Source of the DNA: Octopus vulgaris
Lineage: Eukaryota
DNA: 64,000 bases
NCBI GenBank assembly: GCA_951406725.2
Contig: OX597836.1
Span: 13,764,001 to 13,828,000, forward strand
Direction of reading: 5' to 3'
Part shown: one piece after another, positions 51,776 to 64,000 of the stretch
Numbering within the stretch: position 1 is the stretch's first letter
Layout of the letters: each line of letters starts with the position of its first letter
The notes under the pieces: generated by a model
What the model was told of the DNA's origin: nothing
The model's database searches: none
The model's input: the letters and a program-made list of their open reading frames with translations, nothing else
Translations under genes and position numbers: made by a program

Positions 51776-54252
51776 ATTAAGCGACCACATAAGGGTTCCC
51801 TTGTAACAGTTGGTGAGGGAGGTAAAAATAAATGTTAAATGCAATAGTATTAGAAGTAGTTTGGGGCGTAATACTAGTAGTATTGGTAGTAGTAGTGGTG
51901 GTGATGGTGATGGTGGGTTTAGGTGGTAGCAAAAGTTTCTTGGAATTCTACTAGATTATTCTACTAGATTATCTTATGATTATTAATAGTACTAGTGGTA
52001 CCAACAACGCCTATAGTAGGGTGATACTGGCGGTGGTGATGGTGATAGTGTAGTGTTGGGTGTGGCAGCAGTGTTGTGGTAGTAGCAAAGGAGGTGGTCA
52101 TAGTAGCGATGCCAGGTGTGGTCTGTCAATGGTGGAGGTGGTGGAGGTAGTGATATTGGTGGTGGTGTAGTGGCAGTGGTAACTGCTGGGTATGATGTGA
52201 TGGTACTGGCAACAGTGGTGGAGTGGTGTTGGTGATAGTGTAGAGGTGGTAGCACGATGGTGCAGTGTTAATGACAGCAATGCAACGCTGCTGCTGTGTA
52301 GTGTTGTTACTGTGGTGGTGGTAGTTGTGGTGGTGGTGGTAGTGGTGTCAATGGTGATGGTGACTGGTGGTGTTGGTGGAGAGGTTGTGTTGATGGTGGT
52401 GCTGGTGGAAGTGTCAGTGGTGGTGGTGGTGGTGGTGTCAGTGGTATTGGTGGTAGTGGTGATGGTAGTTGTGGCAGTGCTGGTTGCAGAAAATTTAGCA
52501 GAGGTCTACAATTAAAATTTAGTAGCAGGGTCAAGTTCCCGAATTTGTTAGACAGGAAGGTCAAAAGTGAGCAAGGGTCCCAACCCCAACTCCAGCCCCT
52601 TATGACATCTCTATCCCTCTCTATCAACACCTCCACTCCTACTACAACACCATTCCTCTTTATGGTGTTAATTATTTCATTCTTAAACATAAGACCTCTG
52701 TTGGTCCCCACACCAGTGAAAGATCACCTCAATGTACTCAACCATACCTGATGCTACTAAACCCGACCCCTAAGGATCAAACACCTCTACCACAATTACC
52801 ACCACCATCATCTATCTGCAAATATCTCCCCTACTCCTCCTGACCTCCCTGTTGACATCTTTCTTACTGTCTAATATTCATCCCCCACTCCTGCCACCTA
52901 TCTTCCATCACCATAACTACCATCACCACCACCAACAACATCATTACTACCACTACCACCATCACAACTACCATCACCACCAATACCATCATAACTGCCA
53001 TCCCCGCCACCACACCATCATTTCTACCACCATCACTACTACTGCCAACGTAAACCCCACCCCACCAACAAACTTTTCACCACACACAAACCTACCACCA
53101 CTACCATCCCTCCTCCCATACACAAACACTATCACTACTCATTTCCCCTACTTAAGGGCCCCTTAAATAAAAAATCCAAGTCACTGATGATGAAGGACCG
53201 CCGTTTTATTGTGCACTTTTCCACACTTGCCTAGGTTGGATGGAATTCAGTGACACAGATTTTCTATAGCCGGATGCCCTTAAAAACTTTCAGGGACACA
53301 ATGAGAAACGAAAACATAAAAACAAAAACATAGAAAATGAACCTTTTTTTCAAACAACGAGAAAAAAACAGAGAAACGAGACATGCAACATAAAGAACAT
53401 TCCCTTTATCAGTTGTCCCCTGTTTTATCTACTCCACGTTTCGATATACAATGGGTTTCTTTCAGTTTCCATCTACAGAATTCACTCACAAAGCTTTGAT
53501 TGGCCTAAGGTTATAGTAGAAGACTCTCGCCCAAGGTGCCACGCAGTGGGACTGAACATGGAACAACGTGGTCGAGAAACCACACCTGTGTCTATACACA
53601 CAGCCATATTTACACCTGACATAAAATAGAAAATAATTACAGAGAAAATGCCCCTGTTGTGATTAACAATAAGTTTCGTGAGTTAACCTGTTTAGAAAGA
53701 ATAGCAAACACACCTCTATTCCTTGGTCTAATAAATAGCTCTGTCATTGTGAAGAGAGGGAGAGAGATTTGATCCTTTCTTTTTGTCATTGGATATAGGT
53801 ACGTATATTATGTATGTAGAGGTGGGGTACAGGTTAGCTTGTAACCCATGCTAAACTGATATATCGTTTAATACTCTGCATGTGTGGAAGGCAGTGAGCC
53901 GGCAGAATCATTAGAGTATCATACACAAAAAAAAATGCTTTGTGGTATTTATTCTGATTCATTAAACAGTGAGTTCAAATTCCACCGAGGCCAACTATGC
54001 CTTTTATCCTTTCAGGTTCGATAACATCCTTTCAGGGTCAATAACATAAGTATAAGCTGAGCACTGGAGTTGACGTAATTGTCTTGTCCTCACCTCTAAA
54101 ATTGCTAGCCTAGTGCAACATTACAAAGAAATATTGTGTGTGCATGTGTGTGTGTGATTGTGCTTATACATGTGTCTGTACACACAAACACACACATATA
54201 TATATGTAGGTACATACATAAGCACATAGGAATTAATGTACATTTGCGTGTT

Positions 54253-54287
<35 letters not shown>

Positions 54288-55135
54288 ATAAAATACAAAA
54301 TGGGACAAGAACGCAAAATATCCGGGCAGCTAGGTGATACAAAAATGGGACAACAAAACATCCAGATAGACGATACAAAGAAAACAAGGACACGTCATTC
54401 GAAGCTTTCTTTCCTCAGTCAAACACCAGATTATCCTCGCAATTTCGGCTGATATCATCATCATCATCGTTTAACGTCTGCTTTCCATGCTAGCATGGGT
54501 TGGACGGTTCAACTGGGGTCTGGGGAGCCCGAAGGCTGCACCAGGCCAGTCAGATCTGGCAGTGTTTCTACAGCTGGATGCCTTTCCTAACGCCAACCAC
54601 TCCGAGAGTATATATATATGAATATATACACGCACACACATATACACATTTGGGTGTGTTTGTATGTGTCATCATCATCATCATCATTTAAGGTCAGTTT
54701 TTCCATGCTGGCATGGGTTGGACAGTTTGATAGGAACTGGCAAGGCCAAGGGCCACGCCAGGTTCCATAGTTTGTTTTGGCTTGATTTCTGCAGCTGGAT
54801 GCCCATCCTAACACCAACCACTTTACAGAGTGTGTCGAGTGCTTTTTACATGGCATCAACACCAATCACCATCATCATCATTTAACATCTGTTTTCCATG
54901 GGTGTAACAGTGTATGTATGTATATATATATATATATATATAAATAAAATATTAGGGAATAAATCCAAACTTACAGGGGAAAATCAGATTTAGGATTGAA
55001 TCCAATTTTATAGTATAAATATATTATATTATATTAAATTAGAGATAAAACCACTATTAGGCAAATCAAACAATGAAAAACATAAGCCAATACATAAAAT
55101 TAATTAATTTATATTATTTTAAATATATATCAAAA

Positions 55136-55179
<44 letters not shown>

Positions 55180-56027
55180 TATGGGCTTCTTTCAGTTTCC
55201 ATCTACCAAATCCACTCACAAGGCTTTGGTCAACCCATGGCTATAGTAGAAGACACTTGCTCAAGGTGCCACCCAGTGGGACTGAACCCAGAACCATATG
55301 GTTGGGAAGCAAACTTCTTACCACACAGGCATACTTGCTTATGTGAACTTTTTAATCCCAGCCAGGCCCATGTCACCACATAACAAATTCCCATGGCCAT
55401 TGCATACTGACACCATTCCCTGCATTCTTCCATCAATTTAGATAAAGCAAAATATTCCCAGTTCCATAAATCTAATTTAAATATCAACACTCACTCACCC
55501 ACCACCTCCACTACTGCCAACACCACCACCACCTCCACCACCACCACCACAAGTATTGCTGCCAGCAACAACACCCCCTCCTCGGTATATATCCTCATCT
55601 TCATTTATCATGAATGGTTGAATATTTCTGCTTTATGCATTGTGATATGATATGGAAAATCCAACACCACCTTCCTCTACCTGCTCTCTCTCTCTCTCTC
55701 TCTCTCTCTACCTATCACTCTATCTATCTATCTAGCTAGCTAGCTATCCATCTAACCATCTCTCTATCTATCTATCCATCCCTCTATCTATCTATCTATC
55801 TATCCATCCATCTAACCATCTCTCTATCCATCCCTCTATCTATCTATCTATCCATCCCTCTATCTATCTATCTATCCATCCATCCATCCATCTACCTATC
55901 TATCCATCCATCCATCTCTCTATCTATCTATCTATCTGCCTGTCTACCTATCTATCTATCCATTTCTCTATCCGTCTATCTCTCTCTCTCTTGTTCTCTC
56001 TCTCTATCTATCTATCTATCTCTCTCG

Positions 56028-56099
<72 letters not shown>

Positions 56100-56419
56100 T
56101 ATTTATTGCTCTAGCAGTCTATCTATCTATTGCTCTATCTTTGTGTCTGTCTATCTATCTGTCTATCCTCTTCCTGATTCTCAATGCTGAACATATGGAA
56201 ACATCATTAAAATTCTTTCATATTGTAAATGTGTGACATAAAACATACATGAATGCATGTATTCATGTATGCATTTGAGATAGTGTACTGAAACACATGT
56301 ACAAGTAATAGATGCAGACCCACATGTGTGTGCATATGCATGTGTGTATGTATGTATATGCTTGTGTGCAGGTTAATTTCTTTATAGATACTGACGCATG
56401 TGTTATAGTGTATATCTCA

Positions 56420-56907
56420 ATTCTATATATATATATATATATATATACATACATACATGTATTCATACATATATACATACATACACACACATATATATAT
56501 ATAAATATATACATACATAAATACACACACACACATATATATATACACACATGCATACACATATATATATACACATATGCATACACATATATATATACAC
56601 ATATGCATACACATATATATATACACATATGCATACACATATATATACACATATGCATACATATATATATACATACATATATATATACACATATGCATAC
56701 ATATATATATACACATATGCATACATATATATATACACATATGCATACATATATATACACACATATGCATACACATATATATATACACATATGCATACAT
56801 ATATATACATATGCATACATATATATATACACATATGCATACATATATATATACACATATGCATACATATATATATACACATATGCATACATATATATAT
56901 ACACATA

Positions 56908-56948
<41 letters not shown>

Positions 56949-57281
56949 CAAGCATGAAAGTATGTATAACAAGCATAAACAGAAATTAGAACATATTTTT
57001 TTACCCAATAAAGCTTAATATTAAAGGAGATAAACAGAGATAAACATAGACTTAGACAACCATCACATATTCTGAAAAAAAAAAAAGAAATCAAAAAACT
57101 ATATACAAGCATACATACATGCTTAAAGATACAAATACAAATTCACACAAACATGCACATTACACATACACACACATTATATATATATATATATATACAC
57201 ATACACAACTAGCTACTTTGTAATGCAGAGAGAGATACAAACACTTATATATGTATATATTTATATATGTATGTGTATATA

Positions 57282-57326
<45 letters not shown>

Positions 57327-57434
57327 TACATACATATATATATATATGTATATGTGTATATATATATATATGTATATGTGTATATATATATATATGTATG
57401 TATATGTGTATATATATACGTATGTATATGTGTG

Positions 57435-57465
<31 letters not shown>

Positions 57466-57620
57466 GTATGCATATGTGTATATATGTATGCATATGTGTG
57501 TATATATATATGTGTGTGTATGTGCGTATTTATGTATGTATATATCTATATATATATGTGTGTGTGTATGTATGTATATATGTATGTATACATGTATGTA
57601 TGTATATTTATATGTGTGTG

Positions 57621-57658
<38 letters not shown>

Positions 57659-57667
57659 CATATACAC

Positions 57668-57711
<44 letters not shown>

Positions 57712-57735
57712 ATATACACATATATATATACATAT
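56420..57735. repeat. Compound (TA)/(CA)/(TG) microsatellite region with 20-26 bp higher-order units
   Basis: ATATATACACATATGCATAC repeats at 56540-56910, then a TG-rich mirror tract. Other long dinucleotide tracts at 8730-9100 and 47000-47310; (GAA)n at 46240-46378; (CTAT)n at 55685-56165. Confidence 0.92.
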
Positions 57736-58086
57736 AAAACACACACAATTGTAGCATAAGCTCTGCCAGACAAACACAGGCAGCCAGTGTGCATAGTCTT
57801 GCATAAAGCAAACTACCAAATAATGACCCCCACTCCTCGCCACCACCACCACCAATGCCACTCAACCAAAATAAATGAGGAGAGAATATTAATGGAAGCT
57901 GGCCAGTTTCAGGTTTTTCTTCGTCATAGAAACAGTTAATTTTTATCAACTTTTCCAAAGATAATCACATCTTTTCATTACAGCATCACAAGTACGTAGT
58001 TTGTTTAAGAAGGCCAGCAAAAGGACAGAGTTAACAAGTGTATCAAAACCAGATATATATATAGAATGTCTGTATATGTGTGTGTG

Positions 58087-58593
58087 TGTGTGTGTAGAAC
58101 ACTATAGTACATTGTGTGCTAAAATGAGCCAATGATGGAGCCTCTGCATGGTTGCTTGACCTCCTAGAAACAACAGCCAAATCAGCTAAATTGCCCTCAG
58201 ATCATACTTTGTTCTTTAGAAAAAAAAAAGTGTGGACGGTCATGGCTAGAATGCCTTTGATCACAGGTCTGGTTTACTCAGTGAGAACTGATCTGGATTA
58301 ATAAGATTGTGTTTGTGTGTGTGTGTGAGAGAGCATGAGTGTGTGTGTAGAACACTATAGTACATTGTATGCTAAAATGAGCCAATGACGGAGCCTCTGC
58401 ATGGTTGCTTGACCTCCTAGAAACAACAGCCAAATCAGCTAAATTGCCCACAGATCATACTTTATTCTTTAGAAAAAAAAAGGGTGGATGGTCATGGCTA
58501 GAATGCCTTTGATCACAGGTCTGGTTTACTCAGTGAGAACTGATCTGGATTAATAAGATTGTGTGTGTGTGTGTGTGTGTGAGCATGAGTGCA
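58087..58593. repeat. Tandem duplication of ~253 bp bounded by (GT)n
   Basis: 58087-58340 is nearly identical to 58341-58593. Confidence 0.9.
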
Positions 58594-58729
58594 TGTGTAT
58601 ATGAAGGGTGAGCTCAAAACGCTGAGCCTTACAAAGGAGATGACAGAGGACCGAGATATGTGGCACACTGCTATACTCAAGAAGAACTGCCCACCACAAA
58701 AGCAATGATATCCTAAAAACAAAGTGTCC

Positions 58730-59165
58730 TATAAAAAGCACCAGTGTTGGTGCTGGTTTTACATAAGAAGCACTGATCATGGTGCCACTTAAAAAGCACT
58801 GGTCATGGTGCCACTTAAAAAGCACTGGTCATAGTGCCATGCAAGAAGCACTGTTGATGGTGCCATGCAAGAAGCACTGCTGATGGAGCCATGTAAAAAG
58901 CACTGGTGATGGTGCCACTTAAAAAGCACTGGTGATGGTGCCACTTAAAAAGCACTGGTGATGGTGCCACTTAAAAAGCACTGGTCATGGTGCCATGCAA
59001 GAAGCATTGCTGATGGTGCCACGTAAAAAGAACTGGTGATGGTGCCACATAAGAAGCACTGCTGATGGTGCCACGTAAGAAGAATTAGTAATGGTGTCAC
59101 ATTTGAAGCACTGGTCATGGTTCCACATAAAAAGCACTGGTGATAGTGTCATGTAAAAAGCAGCC
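58730..59165. repeat. 26-bp minisatellite (AAAAAGCACTGGTGATGGTGCCACTT)n, about 16 units
   Basis: Direct reading; runs into a (GAT)n-tailed retroposon whose 5' motif it resembles. Confidence 0.9.
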
Positions 59166-60385
59166 AATACATTCTGCAAAGTGGTTAGCATTAGGAAGGG
59201 CATCCAGCTGTAGAAACCAAGCCAGCACAGACTATGAAACCTGGTTCAGGCTCTGGTCATGCCAGTTCCTGTCAAGCTGTCCAACCTATGCCAACATGCA
59301 AAATTGACATTAAATGATGATGAGTACTCTTTTTTCCACCTTGTTTCACATTTATGTGCTTACTCTGGTATATACATACATACAAACATATATATATATA
59401 TTCATACACGCACATGTACAAGTTCATATCAAATGTGAGTGTGTGTGGATCTATATACATAAAAATTGCTCATATATATGTGTGTGTGTGAGTATGTTAA
59501 AAACAAAGGTATTTTAGGAGAGACATTCTGCCAATAAAATCACATGTATTGGCTTTATTTCACTTCTTTATTGACAAGTCAAGTATTAATCACAACTAGA
59601 TTAAGTCAATATCGTAAAAGAGTCAACCGAAACGGTTAATGTATGACGCATGATATAAAGGAAATATGATTTTAATTTGAAGCAAACCAGTTTGGGGATT
59701 GTATAATGAATTTTTAAGGTCGTCATCCCAGTAAAGTCCTCGGTTGATTTCAGAGAATTTAGTCTCTATTCTTAGTAGAGAAGCAATAATCCACTGAGGT
59801 TAAGTTCCAAACTCACTAACTGAATGACAACCAATCATGACGCCTACAAATAACCACTCCTTAGAGCAACTGTGCACCACAAAACTTGACCCAATTCCTT
59901 CTCGTAAATAAGTCATTGGAACCAGAGACATAGACAGCCTGTGACACACAATCCTACACTTTTTACACACATGGTCATTCAAATATCACACAAAGATTTG
60001 ATATGGCAACAAAATGGACATATAGACATTTAATCTGTCTCACTCTCTCTCTCTATCTCACTGATAATTTTTTTTTATAGTCTTTGTAAAAAAATATCTG
60101 GGCTAAAATATTTCTATGTTAACATTTTCAGTATCCTAGTTTCATTGATGCTTTTGATATTTAAACATTTTTATTCAGCCTTGCTATCATCTGAAGCAGA
60201 CTGATTTTCTATATATATTCCATGATGCTTCAAGCAATCTCCACAACACTTTCTCTCTCTCTCTCTCAATATATATATATACACACACACACACACATAT
60301 ATACACACATACACACACGCACACATATATTATATATATACACACATTTATTCTTTTATTCATTTCAATGTGTGTACACACACAC

Positions 60386-60425
<40 letters not shown>

Positions 60426-60499
60426 AATATAAATGAAGAAAATGCTGACAAAATAATTTAAGTAAGGGAGAGTGTATTTAATTAGGTGAAAGTTCTTTT

Positions 60500-60529
60500 A
60501 AAAATATGGAACGCTTCACGAATTTGCGT
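60500..60529 (-). pseudogene. U6: U6 snRNA 3'-terminal fragment (ACGCAAATTCGTGAAGCGTTCCATATTTTT), left arm of a fold-back
   Basis: Matches the conserved last 30 nt of metazoan U6 including the oligo-U end; the 5' three quarters of U6 and promoter elements are absent. Confidence 0.92.
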
Positions 60530-60554
60530 AATTCGTGAAGCGTTCCATATTTTT
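60530..60554 (+). pseudogene. U6: U6 snRNA 3'-terminal fragment (AATTCGTGAAGCGTTCCATATTTTT), right arm of a fold-back
   Basis: Matches the last 25 nt of U6; head-to-head with the minus-strand copy. Confidence 0.9.
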
Positions 60555-60691
60555 AAAAGAACTTTCACCTAATTAAATACACTCTCCCTTACTTAAATTA
60601 TTTTGTCAGCATTTTCTTCATTTCCTTTTTTTTTTATATATCACAACTCATGTTCCACATCCCCTTTTTTAAATATATATATATATATATT

Positions 60692-60735
<44 letters not shown>

Positions 60736-60816
60736 AAGAAAGAGACATGCATATACATACATATATATTTGTATGTCAATGTATTAGCGTTCTATAAATG
60801 TGTTGTCTACATATAA

Positions 60817-60869
<53 letters not shown>

Positions 60870-61319
60870 CGCGTGTATATACAAGCGTCTGTGAACGTGT
60901 GTACACAGGCTGTGTATAACTAAGTATATTCTTATTCATGTGAGTGCGTGCATATTTAGTTTCCATATGTGAGTTTATTACGAAAGAGATTGGTGCCTGT
61001 CATTTGTTAATTCTTCAACCAAACAAAAGTTTCATTGATAGAACAACTGATAAAATGTAATACTTTTTTTTAATTGTCATCAACAATGCAGATTGTGATG
61101 ACATTACATTAACAGATGGACACAAGACAAATAAATATATAGATGCATGTATTAATTACACAATATTACATACCACAGCACAGTATAGCACCATACACAC
61201 ACATATATATACAGGGGTTTGTCAATAGTCTGTTCAATAAATGCTAACACATGAAACTCTCAGTCCTTGAGTCACTCTGTTTTTTACTGCCAAATATTAA
61301 TTATATATATCTTTAAGTA

Positions 61320-61800
61320 CCGTAAATCCTCGTGTATAATCCGCATTTTTCCCCCAAACTTTAAAGGTCAAAATCCCTAGTGCGTACTATCTACAAGGTT
61401 AAAAATGAAAAATATTTTCTAAGCAATGTCCGAGTCTCTATTTGCTGTCCGGCAATGTTTATTCAAATGCATTTTGTGATGTTGGGCGCGAAAATACCTT
61501 AAGCTACGCCTGAAAGCTATAAAGTCATAAAAGAATCATCGATAACTTGCAGTAAGCAACATTTATTAAAATAAAAGTATTCAGAATACAGAATAACATG
61601 TAACAAAAACAATCTGCAAATATATTTACATTCCCATATAACAGTTAAGAACATCTCCATTATTGTATTATACATGCGTGGAAGTGTTTGTCCGACTAGG
61701 TGCTGCTGGCTTAATTATGCACAACTCAAGTTAGGGAAGGGGTGTGTATTGTACACAAGGTTTAGGTTTTTCAGATGTACAGCCCCCTAAAAATCCCCTG
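61320..61800. mobile_element. Possible Tc2/pogo-like MITE remnant
   Basis: TA-CCGTAAATCCTCGTGTATAATCCGCA start with partial inverted echoes at ~61380-61400 and ~61740-61760; right end not resolved. Confidence 0.4.
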
Positions 61801-61932
61801 GTTGGATCAAGGGATCCGTTTTAAGGTTCCATTATTGCAGGTATATATTGATTAGAGAGAAAATCAAAACCAAGGCAGAACGAGTATCTCAAGTCATTGA
61901 GCATAATTTAGTTAGGGTACGGTGAATTTGAA

Positions 61933-62008
61933 GTCTTACAGCCGTTTCTGGAATAACCCAAGCGATAGGTTAGCATGTACATGCACTGAGTATTCCATCA
62001 TCAGAGAC
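61933..62008 (-). ncRNA. Minimal type-I hammerhead ribozyme motif with intact core
   Basis: GUCU-CUGAUGA-[UGGAAUA...UAUUCCA]-GAAA-CGGCUG-UA-AGAC: stem I GUCU/AGAC, 7-bp stem II base, short near-palindromic stem III, GUA cleavage triplet. Confidence 0.8.
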
Positions 62009-62240
62009 AAGGTATGAATATTTTAGACAAGGAAAATTTACAGTTTACAAGAAATAAAATTCACAGCTTATAAGGAATAAAATAGAAGAATAAAGGAGTA
62101 AAATAGAAGAATATTGGCAGGAGAATAATGTAGTTCTTCCAACTACTTTTACTCTTTATTCTACTATTTCATTCTTTATAAACTGTGAATTTAATTTCTT
62201 GTAAACTGTAAATTTTCCCTGTCTAAAATATTCATACTTT

Positions 62241-62316
62241 GTCTCTGATGGTGGAATGCCCAATGCATGAACATGCTAACCTACCACTTGGGCTATCCCA
62301 GAAATAGCTGTAAGAC
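62241..62316 (+). ncRNA. Degenerate type-I hammerhead motif (mirror copy)
   Basis: GTCT-CTGATGG-TGGAAT...ATCCCA-GAAA-TAGCTG-TA-AGAC; the core has A9 changed to G, so probably inactive. Confidence 0.65.
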
Positions 62317-62400
62317 TTCAAATTCACCAAATTACCCTAACTAAATTATGCTCAATGACTTGAAATACTCGTTCTGTCTTGAATTTTTATTTTCCCTCTA

Positions 62401-62495
<95 letters not shown>

Positions 62496-62663
62496 ACACA
62501 CACACACACACATATATATATATAAACAGCTGTCATAGACTAACATTACTAGTTTGTGCTATATTTACCATTTGTTTGTAGCTAAATTTTTAGATTGAAT
62601 TAAATAAAATCAAACGTCCTTGTCCTGCCTTGACTAATTGTTTGCTTTTCCTTGGTACTTTGA

Positions 62664-62705
<42 letters not shown>

Positions 62706-62751
62706 GTACGCAGTTAAGGTGATACACAAGCTTTCCTTCTTCCTTTCTTAA

Positions 62752-63138
62752 TTACCTCTGCCATAGAAAAGAGGTTATGTTTTCATCAGCGTTGGTTTGT
62801 CCGTCTGTCGGTCTGTGTGCAAAATAACTCCAAAAGTTGTGAATGGTATTTGATGAAACTTGCAGGAAAAGTTAGTAATGACACAAGGAACAGATGACAA
62901 AATTTTGGTAGTGATCCAGGAATTTTTATAGATTCTTGAAGGATTTTTCATTTGTTATATTTACTTTACATGAAGTATTACAATGTTACGTTCTTTGATT
63001 ATCTCCCTTGAAAACACATTCATCGTTTCCATGTAACCTATGGTGGCGTTGCTGTTTCCAAAGTTTATTTTCGTTTCTCTATTAGCAATTTTACTTGCAT
63101 ATCTATCTTAAAATGAGCCGCTTGGCGGAGGTCTGCGG
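62752..63138 (+). mobile_element. Helentron-associated (HINE/DINE-1-like) non-autonomous element
   Basis: TTACCTCTGCC 5' end, GTCY-like microsatellite, 3' GGCGGAGGT subterminal inverted repeat. A 5' fragment of a related element lies on the minus strand at ~33310-33433. Confidence 0.6.
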
Positions 63139-63146
63139 AGGATGAC

Positions 63147-63470
63147 ATGACAAGCCTTGACTATTGGAATCAACTCAAAAAGCTCAGGCTCTGCTCCCTC
63201 CACCGCCACTGTGAGCTCTATATCATCTGTATGATGTGGAAAATATTCCATCAACATTGCCCATCTTTAAAATTCGTCCGAGGCTTGGCCCCTGTGCCAT
63301 CCGTCCACTATAGAAATGTTCATGTCGTATCAAAACACTATGACAGAACTATTTCACCTCAATTGGCCCTGCTCTCTTCAACATCGTGCCAGACACACAT
63401 AAAGGAGGAAAGTGACTTCACGGCATTCAAACGATCCCTAGATGATTACCCCCAACAAAAATACCAGATA
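63147..63470 (+). mobile_element. Decayed CR1-like LINE ORF2 3' fragment (second family)
   Basis: SLDYWNQLKKLRLCSLHRH...IICMMWKI resembles 'L.YW.RL..L.LYSL.RRRERY.II..WKI'; 'FKRSLDDY' downstream; frameshifted. Confidence 0.7.
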
Positions 63471-63582
63471 AACCACTTCCAGCTTCAGAGAATCCGACCC
63501 AATAAACTGTCTGACCATTGCAAGCATGGAAGAAAGGGGCATTTGAAAGAGAGAGAGAGAGTGTGTGTGTGTGTGTACATGT

Positions 63583-63811
63583 GTCTCTTTATCTCTTTTA
63601 TCTCTTTTACTTGTTTCAGTCATTTGACTGTGGCCATGCTGGAGCACCGCCTTAAGTCGTGCAACTCGACCCCGGGACTTATTCTTTGTAAGCCCAGTAC
63701 TTATTCTATCGGTCTCTTTTGCCGAACCGCTAAGTAACAGAGACATAAACACACCAGCATCGGTTGTCAAGCAATGCTAGGGAGACAAACACAGACACAC
63801 AGACATACATG

Positions 63812-63843
<32 letters not shown>

Positions 63844-63973
63844 CATATATACGACGGGCTTCTTTCAGTTTCCGTCTACCAAATCCACTCACAAGGCTTT
63901 GGTCAGCCCGAGGCTATAGTAGAAGACACTTGCCCAAGGTGCCACGCAGTGGGACTGAACCCGGAACCATGTG
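63583..63973 (-). mobile_element. tRNA-derived CORE-type SINE, head truncated
   Basis: Same family. Older diverged copies occur at ~3835-4165, 19735-20055, 23575-23945, 24170-24515, 34255-34860 and 42545-42735. Confidence 0.8.
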
Positions 63974-64000
63974 CATACATGCAATGTTATCGTTTCTTCC

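Larger units (their letters stand above)
60431..60623. repeat. Perfect 94-bp inverted repeat with 5-nt loop (U6 3' end plus 69-nt tail)
   Basis: 60431-60524 is the exact reverse complement of 60530-60623; loop TGCGT; (TA)n tract just to the left. Confidence 0.97.
61851..62402. mobile_element. Fold-back of two head-to-head Penelope-like pLTR fragments, about 250-bp imperfect arms
   Basis: Left arm (~61851-62105) is reverse-complementary to right arm (~62140-62402); each carries a hammerhead motif; (TA)n follows directly. Confidence 0.8.

Noticed and set aside
60500-60554. Functional U6 snRNA gene
   Set aside because: Only the last 25-30 nt are present; no ACAGAGA box, 5' stem-loop, or upstream PSE/TATA.

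Overview
AT-rich, microsatellite-dense eukaryotic genomic DNA. Its repeats (tRNA-derived CORE-, Nin- and Meta-type SINEs, RTE/CR1 LINE fragments, MITEs, (TA)n/(CA)n/(AAT)n/(CAT)n tracts) look like a coleoid cephalopod, probably Octopus; this is an inference. Nine minus-strand exons (43148 down to 10739) splice in phase through GT-AG sites into 513 aa of a sorting nexin 19-like protein (PX, Ser-rich linker, Nexin_C/PXC). Its 5' exons were not found in the window. Nearly all ORFs in the supplied track are microsatellite or SINE artefacts. The most unusual signal is a recurring class of short head-to-head fold-back insertions beside (TA)n tracts whose arms carry minimal type-I hammerhead ribozyme motifs (Penelope-like pLTR fragments). 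One perfect 94-bp fold-back (60431-60623) has arms made of the U6 snRNA 3' end fused to a 69-nt tail, a candidate U6/Penelope chimeric retrocopy. Repeat boundaries were read by eye and are approximate; exon and hairpin boundaries were counted base by base.
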